Below are positions 33,535 through 44,533 of a stretch of DNA of 64,000 nucleotides, piece after piece. Origin of the DNA: Promethearchaeota archaeon (GTDB lineage: Archaea > Asgardarchaeota > Lokiarchaeia > Sigyniarchaeales > SOKP01); the NCBI GenBank assembly GCA_048937405.1, contig JBHLNF010000001.1, positions 880,785 through 944,784 of the forward strand, given 5' to 3'. The notes below the pieces were generated by a model. That model saw nothing but the letters and a program-made list of their open reading frames with translations, was not told where the DNA came from and searched no databases. Both the position numbers and the translations under genes were made by a program. Position 1 is the stretch's first letter; every line of letters begins with the position of its first letter.

Positions 33535-33684
33535 TTAACTTATATTCTTTCCTCTATTCTTAACTTTTTATTAATTAAAGTAAAAATCAAAAGTTATTAT
33601 TCATTAGAATTTCTATAGTCTTATTGTCAATATATACAAATTTATTTTACTTTAAAATATCTCATTAGTTCTTTAATTATTAAA

Positions 33685-35691
33685 ATGAAAGAAGATTTTA
33701 TAATTCACTCTGATTTTAAACCGATGGGTGATCAACCCTCCGCTATTCAAACTCTTAAAGAAGGAATTGAAAATAATAAAAGATTCCAAACTTTATTAGG
33801 TGCGACGGGTACAGGCAAAACATTCAGTATTGCTAATATAATTCAGGAAATACAGAAACCTACCTTAGTTATGGCACCAAACAAGACATTAGCTGCACAG
33901 TTGTATAACGAATTAAAAGATCTATTCCCTGAAAATGCTGTCCATTATTTTGTAAGTTATTACGATTATTATCAACCTGAGGCCTATATGCCCATAACTG
34001 GGCTGTATATTGAAAAAGATTTTAGTGTTAATGAAGAAATTGAACGTTTGAGATTAGCAGCAGCACATGCAATAAGAACTCGAAAGGATGTAATTATTGT
34101 AGCAACCGTTTCATGTATTTATGGATTAGGAAATCCAGATCTCTGGGAAAAAATATCACTTTATATAGAAACAGGTATGGTGATAAAAAGATCTGAAATG
34201 TTGAAACAACTAATAAAAATGAATTATGAAAGAAATGAGATTGAATTTAAACCTGGAAATGTACGAGTAAAAGGAGATATAATTGACATTTATCCTGCAT
34301 ATCTAAATAATGGTTTAAGAATTTCATTATTTGGAGATGAAATTGAATCCATAACAGAAATACATCCAATATCTAATAATCCAATAAGTAAAGTACCAAA
34401 TTATAGAATATTCCCAGCAACCCATTTTATCATTCCAGATGAAAATAAAATAAGAGCTCTAGAGTTAATAAAGCAGGAATTAGAGGAAAGAATTGAATTT
34501 TTTAAAAGTCAGAAAAAATATGCTGAAGCACAACGAATTGAGAGAAAAGTAAAGTTTGATTTAGAGATGATGAAAGAACTGGGTTGGTGCAAAGGTATAG
34601 AGAATTATTCTAGGCCTTTGGATGGAAGACCACCAGGAACACCTCCTATGACTTTAGTTGATTATTTTCCAGATGATTTTTTGATAGTAGTTGATGAGTC
34701 CCATATAACTATCCCACAAATCCATGGTATGATTGGTGGTGATCGCTCTCGTAAAAAGAATCTTGTAGATTATGGATGGCGTTTACCAAGTGCCTATGAT
34801 AATAGACCTCTTACATTTGAAGAATGGGAGAGCAAGATTAAGTATATTATTTTTATGAGCGCTACACCAGGAGAATACGAATTGGAAAAAAGCGAAGAAA
34901 TTTATGCTGAACAAATAATTAGACCAACTGGTCTTGTTGATCCAATGATAGAAGTAAGACCTGCTGAAAATCAAATTGATGATTTATTGGAAGAAATACG
35001 GAAGGTAATTGCAAAAAAAGGTAGGACTCTTATAACAACTCTCACGAAACGAATGGCAGAAGATATTGCCGATTATTACAATGAACTAGGTTTAAAAATA
35101 ACCTATTTACACTCAGAAATAGATACAGTCGAACGATTTGAAATTTTACGTCAATTGAGGGATGGTACTTTTGATGTGTTAGTAGGTATTAATCTGTTAA
35201 GAGAAGGTTTAGATCTCCCAGAAGTTCAATTAGTAGCCATTTTAGATGCTGATAAATTAGGTTTTTTACGAGATACGCGTTCTTTGATACAGACTATTGG
35301 TAGAGCGTCGAGAAATGTTGATGGAAAAGCTATATTATATGGAGATAGAATTTCACCAGCCATGAAAGCTGCTATTGATGAGACAAATAGAAGAAGGAAT
35401 AAACAAATAAAATATAATGAAGAACATAATATTACACCTCAAACAATTAAAAAAAATATTTTAAAATCTCTCTCCGAAGAGCAGGAATTTAAAGAAAGAG
35501 AAGTTAAAAGGTTAAAACAAAAAGTAAAAAATAAAATAACTGAGTTAGAAAAAGAAGGAGATATTGAAGTTGTTATTCAATATCTTGAAGATAAAATGTT
35601 CATGGCAGCCAGGGAACTAAGATTTGAGGATGCTGCTTATCTAAGAGATAAAATAAAAGAATTTAAGCAAACATATAAATTAACAACGTAA
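33685..35691 (+). CDS. uvrB: Excinuclease ABC subunit B
   Basis: GATGTGKT, YYDYYQPEAY, DESH, GINLLREGLD.PEV, C-terminal UVR motif. Confidence 0.98.
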   Translation: MKEDFIIHSDFKPMGDQPSAIQTLKEGIENNKRFQTLLGATGTGKTFSIANIIQEIQKPTLVMAPNKTLAAQLYNELKDLFPENAVHYFVSYYDYYQPEAYMPITGLYIEKDFSVNEEIERLRLAAAHAIRTRKDVIIVATVSCIYGLGNPDLWEKISLYIETGMVIKRSEMLKQLIKMNYERNEIEFKPGNVRVKGDIIDIYPAYLNNGLRISLFGDEIESITEIHPISNNPISKVPNYRIFPATHFIIPDENKIRALELIKQELEERIEFFKSQKKYAEAQRIERKVKFDLEMMKELGWCKGIENYSRPLDGRPPGTPPMTLVDYFPDDFLIVVDESHITIPQIHGMIGGDRSRKKNLVDYGWRLPSAYDNRPLTFEEWESKIKYIIFMSATPGEYELEKSEEIYAEQIIRPTGLVDPMIEVRPAENQIDDLLEEIRKVIAKKGRTLITTLTKRMAEDIADYYNELGLKITYLHSEIDTVERFEILRQLRDGTFDVLVGINLLREGLDLPEVQLVAILDADKLGFLRDTRSLIQTIGRASRNVDGKAILYGDRISPAMKAAIDETNRRRNKQIKYNEEHNITPQTIKKNILKSLSEEQEFKEREVKRLKQKVKNKITELEKEGDIEVVIQYLEDKMFMAARELRFEDAAYLRDKIKEFKQTYKLTT

Positions 35692-36030
35692 AAAAATTCT
35701 TAAACTTTATACTTAGAAAATATTTAAACTTTAATTCAGATGATATATCTCTATAAAAGGTTATAGTCATTATGAAAAAAATAAAAATTAAGATACTCAA
35801 TACAAAAAAAAGAATACGATTGGTTATTAAATAAATAAGATGGTCGAGTGCTATTTAACTCAAAAAATTTATATTTGAATTAGAACTTATTTCTTCCTAA
35901 TAGTTATTTTAATTAAACATAAAAAAAACTTTAATAATAACTAAATATACATTTAGGAAATAAACTTTCATTATTGTTTAGTTCAATAATGATTTCTTTC
36001 TAAATAAAAAAGTAAGGAGGTAACAAAGTA

Positions 36031-36258
36031 ATGCCAGATAAATATAATGTTGACATGACATTGGGGGAACTTCTAGAAGATGAAGTTTCTGGGAATTATC
36101 TTAGAGAAAAATTAGGAGAACTCATTAATAGTCCTCAAGCACAGATGGCGATGGGATTTTCATTGCGCCAAATTCAACAATATGCAGAATCAATGGCTCC
36201 TGGTCAATTTCCAGCAGAAAAACTTGATGAATTAGATGCTGGATTAAGAGCTCTATAA
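36031..36258 (+). CDS. Small helical hypothetical protein
   Basis: 75-aa ORF preceded by a clear AAGGAGGT Shine-Dalgarno. Confidence 0.7.
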   Translation: MPDKYNVDMTLGELLEDEVSGNYLREKLGELINSPQAQMAMGFSLRQIQQYAESMAPGQFPAEKLDELDAGLRAL

Positions 36259-36534
36259 AAAAATTGTAATTTTTAGAACATAATTGAGTAATTCTAACTT
36301 TTTAATTCTTTTTTTTTATATTTTTTCTCTTAAATTAATCTATTGATAATTGGTCGTATCAATAAGATTACTTTTTATTTAATTCCTAAATTATCTAATT
36401 TCTTTGAGTTCATGATTAGAAAATCAAAATACTTTAGGATCACATTAAAAACATTATTGGATCATAAAATAAAGCAATGAAGTTTTTATTTAGTAAATAT
36501 TTCTTCTACTATTTTTTTAAAATATTATACTATG

Positions 36535-37518
36535 TTAAAGAATTTTTTTTTTTGAATTAGAATGTATTATGAGAATATAATGTGATGGTATTTTTTGTGG
36601 ATAGACCATATCTTTTTTTATTGCATTAAATGATAATTTGTTATATCTTTGAATTTTTATTCTACGCATATTTCCTATTTTTTTTCTATATGACTCAGTA
36701 ATATATTTATAGTGTAAATACCTACAATGTTTTCCTCCAAGATTTAGTAGGATTGAGTATGAAAAGTCTTTAAATAATCTTACAATCTTTGAAATTGTTC
36801 TGGGCGTATACTGTCTTACACCATGAAAACGATAGAGCGGTAAGGAAGCCTTTGAAGGTAATCCGTGAATTTGAATTACTTCTTTTCTTGAAGAGGATAT
36901 ATAATCTCTTATTTGTTTAAAAAAAGTTAAATCTTCCTCGAAATGTTCGACAGCAGATTGCGTAACAAAAAAGTTTGTTTCATGAGGAATTAAATCAGTG
37001 AAATCTTTACCATCAAATTTAATGAATTGAAAGAAAGAATACTTCTTCTTTAAACTAATCCAGTTATTATTCGTTTTAATATCTAAACCTAAATATCTAT
37101 TGATATTATTCATGCTAAAATCAACAAATTTCTCCCCATAACTCCCTGTACCACATCCTATATCTAAAATATTTATATCATTCAATTCTCTCTTTATTAA
37201 ACCCCATGGCAAATTAATCCAAAATAATTCAGATAGTTTTCTACTCGGAGAATAAGTAATAGGACACTTAGACCAATTTTTCTTTAAATTTTTATCATTG
37301 AAATTACGAATCTCTAAACTTTTATCAACTTTGTAATATGGAAATGAATTATTTATCTTATTTAATAAATAATAGAGCATTTTTAATGGAAGATTTAAAC
37401 CTCTATCAGCATTAAGAATATGAATGGAAGTTGTTTTGTTTGAATTTAAAAAATTTGAAAGAAAGTTTAACTCTAATCTTTGACCATAATGTTCAAACAA
37501 ATTTTTGAAGATAATCAT
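36535..37518 (-). CDS. Class I SAM-dependent methyltransferase
   Basis: ILDIGCGTG, YLGLD, SAVEHF motifs. Confidence 0.8.
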   Translation of the reverse strand: MIIFKNLFEHYGQRLELNFLSNFLNSNKTTSIHILNADRGLNLPLKMLYYLLNKINNSFPYYKVDKSLEIRNFNDKNLKKNWSKCPITYSPSRKLSELFWINLPWGLIKRELNDINILDIGCGTGSYGEKFVDFSMNNINRYLGLDIKTNNNWISLKKKYSFFQFIKFDGKDFTDLIPHETNFFVTQSAVEHFEEDLTFFKQIRDYISSSRKEVIQIHGLPSKASLPLYRFHGVRQYTPRTISKIVRLFKDFSYSILLNLGGKHCRYLHYKYITESYRKKIGNMRRIKIQRYNKLSFNAIKKDMVYPQKIPSHYILIIHSNSKKKIL

Positions 37519-38267
37519 GACAAGTTCAGCTGGTCAACTATTTTAAAAATAAATCTTCCACAAAAAAGTTCATTTCCATTATTTTATTGTTTTATTCTTC
37601 ACTAAAGGAGGAAATTTATCTCGAATATTTAAATAATTCATTCTTTCTATGTTTTTATGAAAAATTTTCTCTTCCTCTCTACTATTCAATCAAATTATTA
37701 TAGATTTTATTAACTAAAAAGGGTTATGTTATACATTTATATTCATTTCACCTCAAAACCTAGATTATTGATTCTATGAACCTTGTTTATCACAATTTCC
37801 GTGAATGAGTAGTTAAGATAACAACAAAAAATCAATCTGGGAAAGTAAAAGTACCTATTCATGAAGATACTAAATAATTTTTTTCTTGTAAGTTCAAACA
37901 CGGTTTTAAGAACTTTTAAAATTATGATTTTTCCAAGAGGAACTTTTATGATTGAATCATCTTATTCCAAAATAACAATTCCTTCTTAATTATAATCTAG
38001 TTGACGTATTAAAGCTTAATATGCTTTTTCTTTTGATTTAGAATATATCGTTTTGACTAAATATGAAGTTTATGAATTATATCCAATTTTTTAAAATCAG
38101 AATTTATTGATTTCATTAAATATACTAATATACTTAGAGAAAATAATTTGAAAAATCTACCATTTTCAAAAGGGAAATAAAGGATGAATCTTTTGGAAGA
38201 CATCAAGAAAAATCTGGCTTTCTTTTAAACTTTTATTAGTGAAAATGAAAAAACTAATTTTAATAAT

Positions 38268-38500
38268 AATTCATAAATTAAATTCCCTACTTCTGAATAT
38301 ATTTTTTAAATTGTAAATATCAATATAAGGTTTTATAATATCTCAGAAAAATTTTTTTGATTTTCTGAATTAAAAAGATATAGTAGAATATGAATGAATT
38401 CATTGTCATTAAGGGTACTAGAGAAAACAATTTAAGAGATATTGATGTAAAAATACCATGTAATAAACATATGTTTATAATTAGTATTAGTTGGAGTGGT
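38268..38500 (+). repeat. Direct repeat copy A of uvrA promoter plus first ~37 codons (partner 41188-41420)
   Basis: Collinear alignment at offset 2920, e.g. gaattaaaaagatatagtagaatatgaatgaattcatt in both. Confidence 0.92.
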
Positions 38501-38512
38501 CATTATAAATAA
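38390..38512 (+). pseudogene. uvrA: Decayed uvrA 5' fragment
   Basis: MNEFIVIKGTRENNLRDIDVKIPCNKHMFIISISWSGHYK* vs intact MNEFIIIKGARENNLKDIDVKIPRNKLVVVTGISGSGK. Confidence 0.9.
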
Positions 38513-38556
38513 ATCCACAGTGTAAATTTAAATATAAAAAAAAATATAATTGAATT

Positions 38557-40986
38557 ATGGTAGTTCAAGATATCAAAATGTCTCCTCTTCAAGGGATTCC
38601 ATCTGAGAGGGTTAGAAAAATTAGAGATAAAATGTTGTCCCAACCCTTCGAATATGATCTTGAACGAGCCCGATGCTATTCGAGGATTTGGAAACAGATG
38701 GAAGATGCTCATCCCAGCATGAAAAAAGCCAAAGCTCTGGAGGAATTTTTACGCTGCCTTTCTATAAGGATTGATAGTGATGAGCTTCTTGTAGGAGTAA
38801 AATCCAGCAAAATTAGGGCTGATCCTTTTGAAATTGAACTTGGAAGGCACGTTCGAACTTATGATTTTCTCTTAGATGAATCAATAGATGAAGCAGCTAA
38901 AGATCATTTCCGTAGACGTAATCCTATCATTAGACGTTATGTTCCTCTTACAGAACAAGAGCTTAACGAATTGAAAAATGATATTATCCCCGTTTGGAAA
39001 GGAAAGACATTAGCTGATCGAAAAGAAGAGCTCTGGAAGGAAGCAGGCTTATTTAAGGAGAAAAATAGTTCTATGGAACGAGCTATGAGTTGGATTAACC
39101 CATTTTATGCGGAAATGCAAGGTCATACGATTCCAGGTTATAAACGAGTTCTTAATATAGGATTTAAAGGAATAGAAAAGAGAGCTACTGAAGAACTTAA
39201 AAAACTTAGAGAGACTGATGAGGATTACGAACAACGTAAGACTTTTTATGAAGCAGTTCAGGTTACTTCTCAAGCTGTTTGTGATTATTCCAATCGGTAT
39301 GCAGATCTCGCAATGGAAATGGCTAAAAATGCATCAGAATCAAGAAAGGTAGAACTTTTAGAAATTGCTGGGCGTACAAAACGAGTACCGGCCCTCCCAC
39401 CAAGAACATTCATGGAAGCACTTCAATCGATATGGCTGACGAATGTTGTTATGGAAATGAGTTATGGTGAGAGTAATATCTTTTCTCAAGGAAGAGTTGA
39501 TCAATATCTTTACCCCTATTATGCCACTGATTTAGCAGAGGGACGGATTACTTATGAGGAAGCTTTAGAAGCAATTGAAGAATATTTAGTGAAACTTGCG
39601 TCTGTTGTTATAGCTGGACAGAATAATATCACTATTGGAGGGTTAGATAAAGATGGAAATGATGCTACAAATGATATATCATATATGTTTCTTGAAGCTG
39701 TTGCAAATGTAAAAAGTTTATTGAATACAATATCAATACGGATTTCTTCCAAAACACCTCGGGATTTTGTGAAAAGAACTATTGAAGCTTTTAAATATAC
39801 CGGCGGAATGGGAATTCATAATGATGAAATTTTAGTACCACAGCTTCAAGAAGATGGCTATTCACTAGAACATGCCCGAGATTACTCACTCGTAGGGTGT
39901 GTAGAACCTCATGGTACAGGTTTTGATTTTTCATATACTGCTGGTAATGGTGTTCGATTGTCAATCGTTTTACATATGGCTTTAAATGAAGGACGAATTC
40001 TTATAGCAGGGAATCGTCAATTTGGAGCAAAAACACCTGATCCAAGTACTTTTAAAACGTTCGAAGATGTCAAAAAGGCTTTTGTAGATCAGCTTTCCTT
40101 TGGAGTAGATTTAGTTGTGAAAAAAGCAGAGTTAAAAGATCAGGCCTTTGCAGAAGGTTTTCCCTCCCCATTGCTTTCATCTACAATCGAAGGATGTTTA
40201 GAGAGTGGAAAAGATGTAACTCGAAATGGAGCGCGCTATAATAATAACCCTATTGGCTGCCAAGCATTAGCAACCGTAACCAATTCATTAGCAGCAATTC
40301 GCTGGGCAGTATTTGAAGAAAAATTAGTGACAATGGGAGAATTAGTTACTCATCTTAACAATAATTTCAAGGGAGCAGATAAAATTAGAGAACTTTTAAG
40401 AAATAAGGCTCCAAAATACGGTAATGGTGATGATCGTACAGACGAACTTGCAATATGGGTTGCGAATACCTTATGTGATATTGTGAGAAAATATCCTGCT
40501 AGAGGTGGTGCGGGTATTTATCGTACATATTTTGTATCTTCAGGTCTTAATATTCTTGAGGGTAATATGTTAGGAGCGACTCCCGATGGAAGATTATCTG
40601 GTGAAGCTGTTTCTAATGGCATATCTCCTGCAAACGGAACTGAGAAAAATGGTCTTACTATGACGCTCCGATCAGTAGCTTTAGCAACAAAAGACGCTCT
40701 CCTAACCGGTGGAGCAAGCATGAACATAAGAATCAATCCTAATTTATTAGAATCAGATGAGGGCTTAGATAAATTGACTTCTATTGTAGAAGCTTATTTA
40801 GAGTTAGGGGGAAGAGAACTTCAGATTAATCCTGTAAGTTCAGAAACATTAAGAGACGCACAAGCTCATCCAGAAAAATATTCTGATTTATCAGTTAAGG
40901 TAACTGGTTATTCTGCACGTTTTATAGAAATAGGCAGGAGACTTCAAAATGACATCATCACCCGTACAGTATTTAACGAATTATAA
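38557..40986 (+). CDS. Glycyl radical enzyme (PFL-like family, substrate unknown)
   Basis: GRVDQYLYPYY, Cys loop GCVEP, APKYGN, ATPDGR, glycyl loop KVTGYS. Confidence 0.92.
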   Translation: MVVQDIKMSPLQGIPSERVRKIRDKMLSQPFEYDLERARCYSRIWKQMEDAHPSMKKAKALEEFLRCLSIRIDSDELLVGVKSSKIRADPFEIELGRHVRTYDFLLDESIDEAAKDHFRRRNPIIRRYVPLTEQELNELKNDIIPVWKGKTLADRKEELWKEAGLFKEKNSSMERAMSWINPFYAEMQGHTIPGYKRVLNIGFKGIEKRATEELKKLRETDEDYEQRKTFYEAVQVTSQAVCDYSNRYADLAMEMAKNASESRKVELLEIAGRTKRVPALPPRTFMEALQSIWLTNVVMEMSYGESNIFSQGRVDQYLYPYYATDLAEGRITYEEALEAIEEYLVKLASVVIAGQNNITIGGLDKDGNDATNDISYMFLEAVANVKSLLNTISIRISSKTPRDFVKRTIEAFKYTGGMGIHNDEILVPQLQEDGYSLEHARDYSLVGCVEPHGTGFDFSYTAGNGVRLSIVLHMALNEGRILIAGNRQFGAKTPDPSTFKTFEDVKKAFVDQLSFGVDLVVKKAELKDQAFAEGFPSPLLSSTIEGCLESGKDVTRNGARYNNNPIGCQALATVTNSLAAIRWAVFEEKLVTMGELVTHLNNNFKGADKIRELLRNKAPKYGNGDDRTDELAIWVANTLCDIVRKYPARGGAGIYRTYFVSSGLNILEGNMLGATPDGRLSGEAVSNGISPANGTEKNGLTMTLRSVALATKDALLTGGASMNIRINPNLLESDEGLDKLTSIVEAYLELGGRELQINPVSSETLRDAQAHPEKYSDLSVKVTGYSARFIEIGRRLQNDIITRTVFNEL

Positions 40987-41309
40987 AATTAGCATCACCA
41001 TTATCTTCTTTGTCGTTAGATAATTTGCCCTTAAATTCTGTTCATTTATTCTATTGAGTAATTTTATCAAATTTATCAGTTTTTATTATATAAATTTTCT
41101 ATTTTTATCCTATAAAAATTCTGGATGCTTTTCAATAGAAATTAATTTAATAATATCCTAAATAAGTTTTTTAGGATTAAGATTAAAAATTCATAAATTA
41201 TTTACCCTGCATTTGAATATTATTTTTTAATTGTAAATATTAACAAAAAGTTTTATAATATCTTAGAAAAATTTTTTTGACTTTCTGAATTAAAAAGATA
41301 TAGTAGAAT

Positions 41310-44180
41310 ATGAATGAATTCATTATCATTAAGGGTGCTAGAGAGAATAATTTAAAAGATATTGATGTAAAAATACCACGTAATAAGCTTGTGGTGGTAA
41401 CTGGCATTAGTGGGAGCGGAAAAAGTTCCCTTGCAATGAATACATTATATGCAGAAGGACAGCGAAGATTCTTAGAGTCATTATCAAGTTATGCCAGACA
41501 ATTCTTAGGAGAGATGGATAAACCCGATGTAGATTCAATAGAAGGATTATCTCCCGCAATTGCAATTGAGCAAAAACCACTCTCAAAAAATCCACGAAGT
41601 ATAGTTGGGACAGTTACTGAAATTTATGATTATTATCGATTGCTATATGCAAATATTGGTATCCCTCATTGTCCGAATTGTGGAAAAGAAATAAAACCTC
41701 AAACACCACAGCAAATTATTCAACAGATCCTAGGAACAATAAGTGAAAATCAAAAATTTATTGTTAAATCTCCAGTTATACGAGATAGAAAAGGAGAATA
41801 CAAAGATCTTTTACAAGATTTAAAAAAACAAGGATATGTTAGAGTAGAAATTGATGGGATACAATATACATTAGATGAAGACATTTCTATGGAAAAGAAT
41901 GTTAAACACAACATTAATGTTATTATTGACAGATTAGTAATGCGAAAAGATATTAGAACAAGATTAGCTGATTCGATTGAGACTGCATTAGAACTATCAG
42001 AAGGGTTAGTAATTGTTGAGATTGTTGAAAAAACGGAACAAATTTATTCTGAACATCTTGCTTGTATTGATTGTGGAATTTCATTTCCTCCAATAGACCA
42101 TAAAATGTTTTCCTTTAATATTCCTCATGGAAGTTGTAAATATTGTAGTGGATTAGGTAATGTTATGGAATTTGACTATGGTTTATTATTAGGAAATGAC
42201 TTAGATGTTCCACTACAAGAAACTCCGATTAGAGATATTCCTGGTTTTGGATCTGAAAATGGATATTCCTGGCAAACTATAGTACAAGTTGCTAAACACT
42301 ATGGATTCGATACTAAGTATACTCCAATTAAGGATATTGATCCAAAAAAACTTCATAAAGTTTTGTTTGGAACAGAAAATGAATCAATTGATTTCCATTT
42401 TAAAAGTGATAATAATGAATATAAAAATCACAATGGAGAATTTAAATCTTCTTGGCAAGTGCTAAGGCCATTTGAGGGAATAATTCCAATTCTTCAAAGA
42501 AGATATATGGAAACTCGTTCAGAATGGGCTCGTGATGTCTATGAAAGTTTTATGAAGAGGATAAATTGCCCTCAATGCAAAGGTAAAAGGTTAAAACCTG
42601 AGAGTTTGGCTATAACGATAAAGGATCTTAATATTGCTGATTTATCTAACCTATCTGTAAAGGAATCCTTAAATTTTTTTAATAAATTACAATTAAATGA
42701 GACTGAAAAGATAATAGTTAAAGAAGTATTAAAAGAAATATTAGATAGACTATCTTTTCTTAAAAATGTGGGGTTAGATTACATAACTCTAAACCGTCGT
42801 TCAGATACACTATCTGTAGGGGAAGCTGAAAGGATACGATTAGCAACTCAATTAGGCTCTAGTTTAGTAGGTGTTTTGTATGTATTGGATGAGCCAAGCA
42901 TAGGATTACATCAAAGAGATGTCTCACGCCTCATTAAAATGCTAAAGAAGTTAAGAGATTTAGGAAATACAGTTATAGTAGTTGAACATGATGAGGCAAT
43001 AATGCGTAGTGCTGATCACATCATTGATTTAGGACCATTAGCAGGCGAAAGAGGGGGTGAAGTAGTAGCTGAAGGTCCGATAGAAACAATAATTAATTCA
43101 GATAGTTTAACAGGAGAATATTTATCAGGGAAAAAGAAAATTAATATTCCAAAAGCTAGACGCGAAATTAATAAAGATATAATTGAAATAATAGGAGCAA
43201 AAGAAAATAATTTAAAAGATATTAATGTAAAAATTCCTTTAGGTATATTTTCCTGTATTACTGGAGTTTCTGGGGCAGGGAAAACAAGTCTTATTATCGA
43301 TTGTCTATATAAAGGGCTTCATAATATAATAAACACTCGAAGTTCTAAACTAAATCCAGGAGAATTTGATAAAATTATAGGATACGAAAAAATAGATAAA
43401 ATTATAAATATTGACCAATCTCCCATAGGAAGAACTCCAAGATCTGTACCTGCTACTTATACAAAAGCATTAGATTACATTAGAGAAATCTTTGCTGGTT
43501 TGCCAGAATCTAGAGAACGAGGTTATAAGAAGGGAAGATTTAGTTTCAATACAAAAGATGGACATTGTAAAAAGTGTAAGGGTACAGGTTACATCTTGAA
43601 AGAAATGTATTTCCTCCCTGATGTGTATATCAAATGCGATTTATGCAAGGGTAAAAGATATAATGCTGAAACATTAGATATAAAATATCGCGAAAAATCG
43701 ATCTTTGATGTATTAAAAATGACTTTTCATCAAGCATTAGAATTCTTTGATAGTTTTCCAAATTTAAAGAGAACAATAAAAACTGTAGTAGATGTTGGAT
43801 TAGGGTATTTAGAATTAGGTCAATCCTCAACAACGCTTAGTGGTGGAGAATCACAAAGGTTGAAAATAGCGAGGGAGTTAAGAAAAACTAGTACTGGTAA
43901 TACATTATTTATTTTAGATGAACCTACAACAGGTCTCAGTTCGTTTGATATTAATTATTTATTAAGAGTTCTTCAAAAATTAGTAGATAAAGGTAATACT
44001 GTAATTATTATTGAACATAATATGGATATTGTAAAATCTGTCGATTATATTATTGATCTTGGTCCTGAAGGTGGTGAAAAAGGAGGTCATATTGTAGCTC
44101 AAGGTACTCCTGAAGCAATAATTACAAATAATAAATCCTATACTGCTCAATATCTTAAACCATATCTCAACTCCAAATAA
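41310..44180 (+). CDS. uvrA: Excinuclease ABC subunit A
   Basis: Two ABC cassettes (GISGSGKS, GVSGAGKT, LDEP), Zn fingers. Confidence 0.98.
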   Translation: MNEFIIIKGARENNLKDIDVKIPRNKLVVVTGISGSGKSSLAMNTLYAEGQRRFLESLSSYARQFLGEMDKPDVDSIEGLSPAIAIEQKPLSKNPRSIVGTVTEIYDYYRLLYANIGIPHCPNCGKEIKPQTPQQIIQQILGTISENQKFIVKSPVIRDRKGEYKDLLQDLKKQGYVRVEIDGIQYTLDEDISMEKNVKHNINVIIDRLVMRKDIRTRLADSIETALELSEGLVIVEIVEKTEQIYSEHLACIDCGISFPPIDHKMFSFNIPHGSCKYCSGLGNVMEFDYGLLLGNDLDVPLQETPIRDIPGFGSENGYSWQTIVQVAKHYGFDTKYTPIKDIDPKKLHKVLFGTENESIDFHFKSDNNEYKNHNGEFKSSWQVLRPFEGIIPILQRRYMETRSEWARDVYESFMKRINCPQCKGKRLKPESLAITIKDLNIADLSNLSVKESLNFFNKLQLNETEKIIVKEVLKEILDRLSFLKNVGLDYITLNRRSDTLSVGEAERIRLATQLGSSLVGVLYVLDEPSIGLHQRDVSRLIKMLKKLRDLGNTVIVVEHDEAIMRSADHIIDLGPLAGERGGEVVAEGPIETIINSDSLTGEYLSGKKKINIPKARREINKDIIEIIGAKENNLKDINVKIPLGIFSCITGVSGAGKTSLIIDCLYKGLHNIINTRSSKLNPGEFDKIIGYEKIDKIINIDQSPIGRTPRSVPATYTKALDYIREIFAGLPESRERGYKKGRFSFNTKDGHCKKCKGTGYILKEMYFLPDVYIKCDLCKGKRYNAETLDIKYREKSIFDVLKMTFHQALEFFDSFPNLKRTIKTVVDVGLGYLELGQSSTTLSGGESQRLKIARELRKTSTGNTLFILDEPTTGLSSFDINYLLRVLQKLVDKGNTVIIIEHNMDIVKSVDYIIDLGPEGGEKGGHIVAQGTPEAIITNNKSYTAQYLKPYLNSK

Positions 44181-44305
44181 TTAAATACAAATCCTAAAAA
44201 TTTTTTTAAAGCTTTAAACAAAATTCTAAACCTATAATAGATTTATTTATAATGCAAGTATTGTTAAACTATTTTAAATATAAAATCTGAAAATCGTGGT
44301 AAAAA

Positions 44306-44533
44306 ATGACAGATGAAATGAATAAGATAATTAGAGCACCTATAGTGTGTATTCTTGGTCACATTGACCATGGAAAAACTACTATATTAGATTATATCAG
44401 AGGTACTGTTGTCCAACCAAGAGAAGCAGCAGAGATTACGCAACATATTGGTGCATCATAATTTCCAATAGATGACATAAAGGAATTTTTAAGAAAATCA
44501 AAACAAGAATTTGCTGAAAAAGAAATAAAACTT
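44306..44533 (+). pseudogene. infB: Truncated aIF5B/infB 5' fragment with internal stop
   Basis: [75 protein letters not shown]; TAA at 44459-44461; absent from the ORF track. Confidence 0.93.
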
